DNA of 59,162 nucleotides, counting the filler, from Platydemus manokwari (lineage: Eukaryota): assembly GCA_037951405.1 (NCBI GenBank). It is 6 parts of 6 records of this genome, joined end to end, with 100 filler letters (N's around TTAATTAATTAA, not from the genome) between each part and the next. Parts side by side here need not be neighbours in the genome. Positions count along the whole stretch, not along the records: positions 29,798 to 40,905 come from JBBMOY010905531.1; positions 41,006 to 49,730 come from JBBMOY011359538.1; positions 49,831 to 59,162 come from JBBMOY011239875.1; 3 more parts are not named here. One strand, written 5' to 3'. A program made the position numbers and the translations under genes. The notes under the pieces are model-generated. The model saw only the letters and a list, made by a program, of their open reading frames with translations, did not search any database and was not told where the DNA came from. Of this stretch, positions 39,331-51,642 are shown in pieces. Numbering within the stretch: position 1 is the first letter of the stretch; every line of letters begins with the position of its first letter.

Positions 39331-40905
39331 AATTTTAGAAATGGAAAAATTCACGTCAGATTTATAATTAAAAAAAAATTTGTTTTTTCGATGTTCCAGT
39401 TTTTCGATTAGTGGAAACGTTTTTGTAGGAAAAATATTATTTTATTTTATATTTGTTTGAGTTGAATTTGTGATGTCGAGTTTGAAAAAAAATGTTTAAT
39501 TCGATTGCCATTCATATATTTGATTATTAATAGCATTTTTATAACTTTCAAAAATGGCCACCCATCAACATAAACTAAAATACTTGATTTAAACATTGAT
39601 TAAAATATATTTCTTTCGAAAAATCTTGTACTTTAAATTGAATTTCACTGAATTACTCAAGAATCGATATTTCTGTTCGAGTGGTTTTAACAATTGAAAA
39701 TTATTTGTAAAATAGTTAAAAGTCACGTCTATCTGTAATTACTTTCCTGTCTGTCGTATTAGTAAATTTAACTTGTGTAATGCAATTTGTACCAGGGCTA
39801 AGGTATTGGAAGAAAGAAATGCTAAAGCAAATGAATTTAGAGGAAAAACCATAAACAAATTAATGAATAATTTAATTATGCAGTCTGACTGAAACGTAAA
39901 TTCCTTTAAAACATAAAAGTCTTATCGTGTATTATCTGTTCAGGGTGGACCTTGACAAAACAACTACTTTCTCAGTTTAAAAAATCGTTTATTAAACCAT
40001 AAAATGATAAAATATCCAAATAATAACTGTCATTACTCAAAATCCATAAAAACACAAATAAATAATGACGATCGTCAATAATTGATATTTCCATCAAAAC
40101 AAATTCATATTGAGTAACCCATGAAGAATACTAAAAACCCCATATATTATCGGGCTACAATTATTCACAATGCTTAATTATTTAAATTATTGCGATTTAA
40201 AGCCAACGCAAATCAGTACATGGCTCATCTCTTTTCGTATTGATTTTTGAAGTTCTAACTCATCGATACAGCAATCCTAACTCTTCAAAAAGAAAACATT
40301 CAGTAAAAATCAATTGCGAAATAATCCTTTAGTTACCAGAAGCTTGAAATTCTGAAAATTTTAAATATTTTACTTTAAATTTCATTAGAACTCACTGAGG
40401 AGATTCCGGTGATTTGTTGCCTTTGGTATTCGGTACATATCTAAAATATAAATTGATAAAAGTTTATAAATTATAAATACAAATATATACAAACCTGAAC
40501 TTACCAATTAATAAAAAATGATTAAACTTCAATGACAAGCGATATTTGCCTGACAATAAGCTACGATAAATAAATTAGGGACAATTCTTCCGAAAATATC
40601 CTTTCAAAACCAAGAACGGGATGAAATGTGAAATCGAGATTGGGTATTTGGATAAGTAATTATGAGCAATTTAAAAACATTTCAAATATAGATTGGATAG
40701 GCAATTTGTACTTGCATCTTTAATCTTTTAATTCTTTGATATCTTTGAATAACACGCACACCACATACACACACATACACGCGTATAATATATGTATATT
40801 ATTCAACTTAATGGAACATCAATGCACCAGCATATAGGAATAGTGATTGTATCAGATAAGATACTTAAATAATCTATATACACATACAGCACCCATAAAT
40901 TCAGG

Positions 40906-41005
40906 NNNNNNNNNNNNNNNNNNNNNNNNNNNNNNNNNNNNNNNNNNNNTTAATTAATTAANNNNNNNNNNNNNNNNNNNNNNNNNNNNNNNNNNNNNNN
41001 NNNNN
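40906..41005. other. Artificial contig linker
   Basis: Same 100-nt structure. Confidence 0.98.
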
Positions 41006-41095
41006 ATTAAAATCTAAAAGAATTCAATTTAAACCATTTATTTCTTTAAATCGTATATAAAAATATACTAAAAGTGCTAGCAAACGATAACAGAG

Positions 41096-41460
41096 TTAAA
41101 CATAGTCTCCATTAGCTTCAATGACAATCTGGAGGTGACGTGTAAAAATTTGAAACTCGCTTGTGAGCTTAGCCTCCGACGTTAACTCCAAATATTTGAG
41201 AAAATCGTTACGAATTACTAAATTTTTTTCCACTTCGGTAGCACTCGTAGTTCCTGAACATAAAGCGATCCATGAGGTTTGTGCATGTTTAGTAAGCCGG
41301 CTGCTTTAATGGAAACAAGCGATGTTCTTCAAGTCAAAGTCGAGTTAACTGTGCTCCGTGAGGTCTGGCATTGTCATGCTGAATGACCATTTCCCGAGCA
41401 GGTAGTCTTAAAATCATATTCTGCAGGAATTGTTGGAATTCGTATTTTTCCTTTGATTAA
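41096..41460 (-). mobile_element. Mariner (DD34D) transposase C-terminal fragment, pseudogenised
   Basis: MVIQHDNARPHGAQLTRL*LEEHRLFPLKQPAY*TCTNLMDRFMF has exactly 34 residues between the two D residues. It ends IVIEANGDYV*, a typical mariner terminus. Confidence 0.85.
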
Positions 41461-41639
41461 TAAACAAATGGTTAAATTAAAAACCATATTTATGTAACTT
41501 TCGTTCTTTTAATTGAATACAATTTGACATTGCACATTCACATTTTGCTCACATTTATAAGTCTGTGATCACCTTTGATCAATAATTATACAAGTTTTTC
41601 AAGATCTGTATAAGTGTTGAGTAATAAAACTTGACCCCA

Positions 41640-42130
41640 ATTTAATTGCATTTAATGCATGTAATCACTTGCTTCTTCCTCAGAGAGTCGCTGACTGACG
41701 GTTGATATAATTTGTTGAATGATCGCGTGGATTTTGAATATTTATTATCGATAGATTTTGCTTGTGATGGCCTTTCAACTTTTCCTATAGAAGAGAAATC
41801 TGTTTCTGTGACATATGTGACAATTTGACGAATTATCGATGTGGAGTTCATTTCCACCCTCATGGCCTTTTTATGAGTTCATCGTAGATGGTATATTCGA
41901 CGAGGCTGAGGGCTGTACTCATATGGTGATGCACATCTTTCAAAAATTGATCCGCAACCAAAAATCTAGAATTTATTTCACACAAATAAGATCTTTTCGA
42001 GGCGTTAGGAGAGTCCTTCATCTCATTTTTTGTTTGAATGATCCATGATTTTTTATAAGTTTCTCCCTGATTAATAGCAGGGAAATGCTTCTCACACCCA
42101 AAGTTTCGGCAGTTCCGATTTTGGTCCAAG
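41640..42130 (-). mobile_element. Retroviral-type integrase zinc-binding-domain relic
   Basis: QFLKDVHHHMSTALSLVEYTIYDEL..(W)..M..IIRQIV resembles a decayed HHCC region. Confidence 0.3.
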
Positions 42131-42139
42131 CAAGTAATT

Positions 42140-45100
42140 TTTTGATTTTTGATTTTTTGGGTGATGAGAAGATGAGAAGATTGATACTTTTAGACTGGTC
42201 GAATATTATGAAAATCACAAATTTTAAACAAATTTTCGGGGGTCTCGAATTAAGTTCATGTTGGAGGGAGGTCATTAAAAATTCGAATAATGATAATGGT
42301 AGAGTGTTGGATGAATTTCATTGAAAATTGAGGCACCAGAATTTGATTCAGATCTTTGGCTTGGGATCGGATAATTGTTTGAGACGAAAAAGTTCCACTT
42401 GAGTTGGAGCATCAGTATATTGTCAGCCTACGCGGAGTATGCGTATTGAGGATGCGTGCAAAGTGGGGATAAGGGGCAATAATTTGGAACTGCTTAATGG
42501 TTTCTGCTTTGGCTAAAATAGAAAAGATAAAAAGTAAAAAAATCGAAGACAAGTTGTCAATTTTTTCCGAAGATGTGTTAGGATTTGTAGGCTTCTTATT
42601 TTTGTGGGTTTGCTCAACTGAATATCAGAAATAGTGGACACATTCCGTATAATTCTTTTCGCTTCTCTTGCAAATCATTGGCACGATGAGGTTTCGCACA
42701 TCCATGTGAGCTTTATAGGTGGCGAAGACGTCTTTCAGCAGTGAGCTTATAAGGAATCCGGCGATGAATGTGATTTGGACTTTGTCGAGACTGATGTTCT
42801 AGAGAACACCATTCCGAGCACTCCGAGGTAAAGCACGTCTAAGCTGGTTTCGAATAGTGTTTTGGTCCTGATATCGGAAGCGATTGACCTGTATCTCTCG
42901 AAGTTTAGTAGTCTGTGCTTCTGAAAATTGTCGGCAATGTCGTGTGGAATTTTCAGATCAATGATGTAGATATGATGTTTTGCTTTGTTCCTAATGATTA
43001 GGTCAAGTCTGAGTTTTGAGTTGACTTCAAGCGGACTTGTGTCAATGTCCGCATCATATCCTAGCGATCTAAGGTAATGTTCGAGATGGTCGAGAATTAA
43101 TGCATGTCGTTTCGATCCAAGTCCTGGTACTGCTGAACAGTGTATGAAGATATGGGCATCTGTGTCTCTCAGTGTGGCATCTTCGGCAAAGAGTAGATTT
43201 TTTCTTCTTGATGAAATATGGAGTGTATTTCAACAGTATGAGGTTGTTTCTTTCTTGATAAGCGAATATCCAGACTTCAGGTGAGAGGTGACAATTTTTC
43301 ATTGGCTTCTGAGACAGATGTGATGCAGAGAAGCAGTGAGCAAATCGTCCTTGTTTTTTCATTGTTGTCCATTCCTTGTGATGGTACATCGAGACGGAGT
43401 CGTGGAGAATATCTGATACATCGTTATTTTTTACTAGCAATTAGTGTGATGATGTCCAGTTTCGTTGTTTCCACTTACTGGATCCGGAAGTGAAAGGGAA
43501 GCCGAGAGTACAGGAAAGTGTTGTAGGCTGCGAACTTCTGTGATGGGTGAAGTCTCGATTCGGCAATGGCTTCAAAGTCTGATATAATTGTTTGTAGAAT
43601 ACTGTCGACCGGAGATCGTTTTGGAAGTTCAAATAGAACTTCAAGGTATCTGTATAGATTGTTGGCATTGATGATCAGGATTCTGAGATCTATTCGATTC
43701 CTCGGGTTTTTGGTGAAGTATCCACATTTGTTTGCGTTGATTGTGAGTTGAATTTCATTTGTTGCGTGGATAGTGTGGTTTAGCCTGAATTCTAAGTTTT
43801 CTCTCGAGTTTGCCAGGATGACTATGTCATCAGCGTAAGCTAATGTGGAGAATTGGATTTTGTGAACAGTTAGCGGTTTCGGATGAACATAGAATGAAGT
43901 CTATTGATAGGCAGAACAGTTTCACTGACAAGGGGCAACCTTGTTTGACACCGCAGTAGATCGGTATTGGTGGAGTCTTGATCATCCAGCAAGTATAAGT
44001 GATTCTGCTATCTTCATATAGGGCTTGTATCATTTCGATGTAATGTGAGTTGCAGCCCACCGACTTGAATGTGTACCAGATGACATCGTGCGGGAGGCTT
44101 GGGAAAGCTTCATTGAGGTCGATCCTGCACATATGTAGGTTCTTGTTTTGTTGTGATGCATAATGTTGTAGCAAGAAGAAGTACGCGTTATTTTCTGCGC
44201 ATCCGTCAGAGGTGAACATTGCTTTTTGATTCGGAGATAATAGGTTGCTGGGATCGATCCATTTGAGTAGCCTTAGCTTAAGGATAGTTGTGAAAATACG
44301 ATATGAAGTATCTATGAGCGTAATTGGTCTTCATAAGGTTATGAGGTGAGATAGGTCCTGTTTGCCTGATTTTACAAGTTGGTATTACATTTCTTCCACT
44401 GGTTTGGGATGGTTTTTATTTTTAGTATTCTGCTGAATAGAGATTGGAGGTAAACGTGCTGCGAGTCTAGTTGTCTCCAATTTTTGTACATGATTCCGTC
44501 GTTGCCAGGTGAGGATTTTGCAAATTTCGCGATTTCAACGAGCGAGATCTCTTTGAGGTTCAAATTGTCCTCGTGTTTTGGTATTGGTGGGCAGAAGTTA
44601 TTTGGTAGCAATTTTGGTTTAGGCTTCTGGTTGTGCGTTATGATATCTTTGATGTTTGGAGTCGCAGTAGGTTTGTTTGACGGCATAATATTTTGAAGAG
44701 TTTTCTTTGGCTCATTTTAGAAATAGGTTCTCAGTTTGTAGTGAGTGGATGATTCGTCTATTAGGTAAAGAACAGATGGTTTGATGATTTTCTTCGGACC
44801 AAATTCGGAAGTGTCGATAAGTGGCGTTTGTTTTATTTATTTTAATTGCTTCTATTAGTATTGGGCTCATCATAGTGCCAGAGTTTTTGTCGGTTTGTGA
44901 AGCAATTCTTCGAAATAGGATCGTATCTGATATTATTTTATTGATTTCTATTCAAAGTTGAAGGAGGACCGGAGTGTTGTAAACTGGTGATTTATTCATA
45001 TGGTCCAGTACGTGTTGGATGATGAAAAAGCCACAATTGTATGAGTTGAGTTGGAGTGGCAGATCTGGTAGAATAGATTGATTGAGGAGGATGTTGTCCC

Positions 45101-47285
45101 TCATTGCTCTAAGGTTCTGGAATAGATTGTCGAGTTTGTTCCAAAGGCATCATTGTTCGACTGACAAAGATTTAGTTGCTGGGTCAAAGAAGTCAATTTT
45201 AGGTGATGTAGAGGTTTCAGTGTTTGTTGTCCCAGTGAATTAGCCAGTGAACAGTTTCCCAAGTGACAACTTTCATGAATGGAAATGATCCTTAGAACAT
45301 CAGTGAAGACATTTTTTAGGATGGCAATTGCTGGTTGGTGTTTCATGAAGATAATGGCGGCGTGATCTGTGATTTTGTTGTACAGGTAAACCTCGATTTC
45401 AGAGCTGGTTAATGACTGTATATCCTCGTTCGATAGCGGCAGGGCGTCGATATCCGTGTCGTCGGTCTGTTTGATTGCTTGAGGAGCGTCATTATCTAAG
45501 TGTTATTTGAATCCAGTAGCTAGTCCGATGTATCCACAGTAGCAGTGGACGGCGAATTCAGATTTGATGGCAATATTGTGCGTTTGGTTGAAGTGCTTCG
45601 GAACTATTGTTGTGTTCACAAACGGGAAGTGGTAGATCTTTATGCAGATATTGCATTTTGCGTTTTTGTAATAAGTAAGAATCATGTAAGCGGAGTTTTG
45701 CTGGCATCATTGTATAATTTGGATAGATATTGAGTCAAATTGATTTGATTTTGAGGTTAGTTAGGCATGGTTGGATTTGTAGTTAGAATAGAGTTATCAT
45801 CTGAGTCGGAGAGAGTTTACGGCGAGTTCATTGAGACATTCGAGCATTGAGTTAGGACGACATCGTCAATGTCGTTATCCATAGTAATTGGTTTGAAGTC
45901 AGGCATGGGTTGGTTAGAAAGTTCTATTGATTTGATGTCAATGACCTCGGGTTCATCATTGTCCGGTTAAAGAGCTTTGGACAATAGGTGGAGTGTTATT
46001 TGTTGTTGGTTCAGTGATGGAGTTGTTGTTGGAATTGGTGGACTGTATGTGGAAGTATTTGTTGAATTTCTTCTATTTTATCGAGATTTGCTGAATATTT
46101 TGTTGTGCTGTTTTGTAGCAAGTATTACAGAAGCAGATCAGGAGGGCAGAAATATACATGTGCTTCTGTGCAATGTCATTAGCAGCTGGTTGAAAATTGT
46201 TTTAACAGCTTTGTTTTGTAGTTTTCGGTGTTTGAATTGGTCTCAAGAGTTCATTTATTAATAGCTTCTGCGGTTATTATTGGGCATATGGAACAATTGA
46301 AAGCCTTAGTACACAATTCGCAACCGCATTTGATATATTGGAGACTATATCATTTGATATATTGAAGACTATTAGTTTTTGTTCTGTTTTCCTGGTCGTA
46401 CTTTTGATAACAGTGCACGTTGGTTTTGCTTGGTTGTTTTTGAAGCAGTTGAGGTTGTTGAAAATTTTGGAGTAGGTTTTGTGACATCGGATAAAGTTGC
46501 AGGTAAGCGCATCTAGGATTCCAGAATGACCATTGGTAGTGCTTGTTGCTGTAGGCTTTGTTTTGAACATTGCTGTATTGTCGTTTTAGTTTTTGGAATC
46601 ATATTCAGGCGTGTTTCTGAGTGGGCTCCATTTATTTGTGAGAGTTGTCTGTGTAGCTTTTGATCGCATGTTTTGCGTTTTCTGATATTGAGAGGGCGTT
46701 GTGCCAATGGTTTTCCAGTAGTTAATTTGGCTTGGCGATTGATCTTTAGATGAGTTAGGTGCATTCCCTTGCTTTTCGTTGAAATATTGAGAAGGAATAT
46801 AGTTGGTATGATTTTTTGAAATTTTGAACAAATATTTGGGGTCCCGATTAAAAGTTTGATTTACCGGGACGTCATTGTGTAATCGGTGTTATTTCTGAGA
46901 TAATTTATTGGTGGAGTAGGAGTTTTTAACCAAGAGCTATTTTTGCAGTTGATTGGTAAGGAGAGACGCGTAGGTCACTTCCTGTGAGTTAGAAGTTTTA
47001 GCTTGGTGGGGTTGGTCAAATTCATGGTGAAGTTTTGCGACTCTCCGTGAGCTCAGGGTTCGTGAGTGGAACTCCCGGGATAGAATCTGAATTGATTCAG
47101 TTCATTCTGGTCAGGACCAGCGTTGCTTTCGAGACGCAGCAGTTTTTGCTCTAAATGGTAGCGGTAATTTCGGATTTGCCGAAACTTCTCACCAAAATGA
47201 ACCCAAGTCCACCGGGCATAGTCAACCGGTGCGATTTCGTTCACGAGATTGTTTCCAAGTTGTTTCCCGTGTTAACTAGCCCTAG
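42140..47285 (-). mobile_element. NeSL-like (R2 group) non-LTR retrotransposon with restriction-like endonuclease, near full length, inactivated
   Basis: Domains in order 5' to 3': structured 5' leader; C2H2 finger (CNICIKIYHF..KHFNQTH); Ulp1-like segment; RT (SPGNDG, IPNQWK, RPITL, DGCAEN, IDLNEAFPSLPH, GVKQGCPLS, YADD at ~43824-43838); CCHC (CRRCH); RLE (LRLDLIIRNKAKHHIYIIDLKIPHD); ~450-nt 3' UTR; A-rich end CCAAAAAATCAAAAATCAAAAAA at ~42140-42162. Many frameshifts; boundaries approximate. Confidence 0.88.
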
Positions 47286-47289
47286 AAAA

Positions 47290-47700
47290 ATACTTGTCAG
47301 TTAACGTAGAAGTAATTACTTTGTTGGACATAGTTGTCATCCTTTCAGTTCAACCATATGCTTATATGGTGTCTACGAAGTCAACTGGGTTTCCACCGTA
47401 CTGTTTTACAGAAAGCTTTTGGCAACTGACAAAATCGGCCGATGGCACCATTCTTATCTGGTATTTAATTTGCTGTTGACCTAAAGCGGATTGATTCTCT
47501 GAACCCTGGCTCTATGGATGCATAATCGTAAAAATGTTCGAATGATGGATCACCAAATAATTGTTGGATAATTATAAACAATAAATAAGACTTCACTCCA
47601 AATCGAAAGTAAATATATTTCTCGATCAATGAATCAATACACGAATTACAAAATTTCAATCGAAACTTGGCTTTCAACTGGCAGTTGTCCATCTTTACAA
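47290..47700 (-). mobile_element. Integrase-core relic (Gypsy/Ginger-like) abutting the LINE 5' end
   Basis: IIQQLFGDPS and TTMHP*SQGS match the FG.P and (Y)HPQSQG.VER integrase-core motifs. Confidence 0.45.
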
Positions 47701-49173
47701 TTATTTTTATATTGGCGATCCATGCATATTCTTATTGTGTCATGTTGCATTATATTTTGATTTGATATTTGTTTTTCTGTTTTCTTATTAGGTTTTTAAT
47801 TTTTTACATGAATAGGATTGGTCAATCTCTATGTATGTGTTGTTATATAGCTATGCCTCCTTTTCCAATTCTAGTTCTCCATCTAACTTCACTATGACTG
47901 GCTAATGCGACGCCTGTATGGCTGTCTAGGAATGCAAATGTTTAAAGTCCCAAAACAAGGGTTCCAAGGTGCAATTTCGTTTTTCTTTTTGCAGAATTTC
48001 ATCTCACTAAACATATGAGAAAAAAATATTTTGAAAATAATTTACATTTGCATCAAAATATTAGATCGACTTACATTTTTCGATTTTTAAGAATAAGAAA
48101 CACGCAAGTCATTTTTTAAGATTTGTTTAAATAATACTTCTTTCATTAAGATTTTATAAATAAATTTTAATATTTAATAATTAGTAAATCTAACCCTCGT
48201 TTTGTATATATCGTAAATAAAACGGTTCATCTTTTAAATTATAATATTAATAAAAATATTATTATTATCTTTTATCATTAATTTAGCATAATTCAATTAT
48301 AATAATGTAATTGTTCAATTGACTTATTGTTTTAAATACTGCTGATATGATTAATATTATTAATATTTTTATTATTGATTTCCACGAGGTAAACAATTGT
48401 TGCTTGTAATTTCATAGAATTTTTCTGAGGCACTTTAAATATTTTTTGAAACTACAAAAAACATTAAATAAGCTAATCATTCAACTCAATGCACGAAAGA
48501 TTACATTAATATTGCTGGTTAAGACTAATTAGACAATTTGAGAATGTGTTTTACTGAACTCAAATTAATTTACTGAATGATCTTTGTAGAGTCGGACATA
48601 ACACTCCAAACTTTATAATATTTGCTGAATTACCTGAGTTAAATTAAGATATTTTTAATTTTTTAGTGAATGAAATTTAGTTTTAGTGTAGTTGACGAGA
48701 TAAGACACGAGAGATTGTTGGTTTAAGAATTTATAATTAATAAAAATGTTGGCACAGTGAAATGTGTGTCTAATGATTATGATATCCATAATGATAATAA
48801 TAATAGATAATATTATATCCATAACAACACACTGATCTACATTCTTACTACCACTTCAAAACTTCTATACAATCTAAGTTCGACATAATACTCCTAAATA
48901 ATATCGAAGGCACATAAAATTAAATGATATCATTTACAACCATAATTCGGATAGTGAGCACATTATATTTATTTCTATCAATAAAAAAGTGCTCAGCCTA
49001 TAAAATGACTATGCATATATAATGAAATCTTTAATGTCCACTAGGAACAACCTATTCCAGAACTAAACAAACATTGTAAACATATTTTCTCAGTAATTTG
49101 AAAGTTCCGCCTGGTAATATTCTGTACGCTAAACGAAATCTTTTTAATCACCACATACAATCATTTCAAATAG

Positions 49174-49180
49174 TATAAAT
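49174..49180 (+). promoter_or_regulatory. Candidate TATA box
   Basis: TATAAAT about 30 nt before TCATTT Inr-like motifs and 48 nt before the ATG at 49222. Confidence 0.5.
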
Positions 49181-49221
49181 AGATTGGTTTCACATTTATA
49201 TTTCATTTCATTATTTTGATC

Positions 49222-49600
49222 ATGAAAATATTTATTGTATTTGCGTGCTGTTTAGTGAGTACAATTAATTGTTTCGCCTTCGTAGGTTATGGTTACATCA
49301 AATGTGGTTTTCAATACGACTTTCTAAATTTTAATTCTTTATTCTATATTATTTAAGGTAAAGGATATGTGGAGATAAACGGTCAAGTTTATCCAGATAC
49401 TCAACGATATGTCCAATACGGAGAAGGTGTAGATTGCGTTAAGTGCACAATTACAAAATCTCCAGATGGTAAACAAAAACCAAGTTACAGTTGTTATGGG
49501 TAAGGTCTAAATTTAACAAGTACTTAACGTTTTATATTTTACTTGTAGTGCTTCACCAGCTTTTGTTAATGGGACAACAATATATATACCAGTATGCTGA
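49222..49600 (+). CDS. Unannotated three-exon small secreted protein (85 aa, 4 mature Cys)
   Basis: Exons 49222-49285, 49358-49499 and 49549-49600 with GT-AG introns of 72 and 49 nt. Product MKIFIVFACCLVSTINCFAFVGKGYVEINGQVYPDTQRYVQYGEGVDCVKCTITKSPDGKQKPSYSCYGASPAFVNGTTIYIPVC*. TATA upstream; AATAAA ~9 nt after the stop. Confidence 0.78.
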
Positions 49601-49730
49601 TAATCAATAATAAATATCTTTGCCACATCGATGAATGATAAAGATATGTACTTGTACAAATATATCTGAATATGATTTTGTCTCTTTAATAATTGGTTGA
49701 TTATGTTGTTTAGATAATGAACATGATAAT

Positions 49731-49830
49731 NNNNNNNNNNNNNNNNNNNNNNNNNNNNNNNNNNNNNNNNNNNNTTAATTAATTAANNNNNNNNNNNNNN
49801 NNNNNNNNNNNNNNNNNNNNNNNNNNNNNN
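49731..49830. other. Artificial contig linker
   Basis: Same 100-nt structure. Confidence 0.98.
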
Positions 49831-49989
49831 AGGACAAAAAGGTAAAAACAATTGAAAAAGAAGATTAAAAAAACTTAAAAATTAGGATAAATAGGAGTAA
49901 CAAACGATTAAAAACCTCCGTTATATTGATCATTATATTGTATATATCAATTTATAATTGTACTTACATTAGCACATTTACATTTCATG

Positions 49990-50560
49990 TTGACAAATTC
50001 ACCTAATAAGCTAGAAGAATATTTGCAGTAGAGAAACAAAAATTTTACACTTTGAAGCTTGTTGTACAGCTGTACTCCGCGAAGTCCTAATCCACATCAA
50101 TAATTAACCTTTTTAGTCTGATTCATAAACCAACTACGGATATTTATATTAAAATTCGATAATGAGTTGAGTTCATATGTCTTCTTTAGGTTGATTTTAA
50201 TCCAATTAAAGGATTGACTCCACCGGATTTTAAAATAATATCATTAAATTTGGCATCCCTAGTAGCTATGATAGCATTTAGAATCTAGCAAGCTTTCGTT
50301 TGAAATCGATATTTTTTATTTCCATATTAGAGGGCAATAAATTAATATTCAAGCTAATAAAACTGAAAGAAATATACTTTATTTTTACATTAATTAATGC
50401 CCATTGCTTGAAATTGATGGCATTGTTCTTAATGACAAAACCTATTTTAAGGAAGTTCTTATGGTTTTTAATAAGTTTTGACTGTGCTCATGTTGAGCTG
50501 TTATCAAATATTTTTATACGTTGATATTTGATTGATAAATCACGATTGATAAAAAAATGT
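49990..50560 (-). mobile_element. CR1/L2-like LINE 3' relic
   Basis: FSFISLNIN/YCPLIW, FQTKAC*IL and RGVQLYNKL are the conserved C-terminal motifs of CR1/L2-group ORF2; frameshifted. Confidence 0.55.
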
Positions 50561-51642
50561 AACACTACAGAATGTAAATTTGATAAAAAATAGTGACCAA
50601 TTAAATCGATTTTCTTTTCAATCCATTATAATCAGTAAAAATTCATAAAATCACAATGAAATATTAAATATGTAATTGGATAACGAAAATATTTTCAACA
50701 AAATTTTACAATAAATTGAAATTTGTGCATTGATAAATCAATCTGCCAGTCGTCTTGAAAGAAATAATATATATTGTTTATTTCATAAAGAAATTTATTA
50801 TCGAGCTCACTGTCAGATTGGCAGGAATAATAATCACCAGCTGTAGCAAAATAAATAATGTTTCCAAGTTTCACTAGAACACAATTAAAATTTCTATTTT
50901 CTATCTCAAGAGAGGTCGCAGATATTTTTTAATAATTTTATAATAATTTATTTCTTCTAATAAAAGATATAATAAAATTAATAATAATAATGGTGATAAT
51001 AATAATAATATGAATAATTTCCAATTAAATAAAGTGCACTAGATTAAGATCCAATGGCAATATGGAAGGTAATCAGAGATGTACCTGAGAAGGATACAAA
51101 TTCATTACTAAATGACCGATCAGAAAGACCGGCAAATTGTGTTTGAAGCTAGTTTGTTATAAAACATGTTAGTTCCTAAAACTTATTCGTTTTTAATATT
51201 CAAATCAAAAGACATGTTTTCAACAGAACAGGAAAATATATATATTTATAAAACATCCATTTTCACACAAATTTTAAAATATTTCAAATTTATTTCCATC
51301 TGATTTATCTTCTTTTTTTAAAAAATGAAAATGCTCACATTTTATATTACATCTTTATTTTTTATTTTAAACTACTTGTAGTCATTTTACTAATTGTAAT
51401 GATTTTTTTTAATTGAGAGGTTAACAGTAATTTTTCAAGCAAGATCATTTTATAAATATCAATATCGTACATTTATTTTTAATAATTTTTTTTAAAAAAT
51501 CTACTTTAAATTTTTTATAATTTTAATTATTTATCGTATTTTTAAATTAACTTCACAAAACCCATAACAATAACTTGTAAAGGTATATTTTAATTTTAAA
51601 TTTTGTGAAAATAAAATCGAAAAATCAGAAGCTACGTCTCAC

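Noticed and set aside
50810-50880. Exon-like segment (tctag|..|gtgagc) downstream of the GPCR TM1 exon
   Set aside because: No frame gives the expected L.C.RN.IH TM2 sequence; probably chance splice signals.
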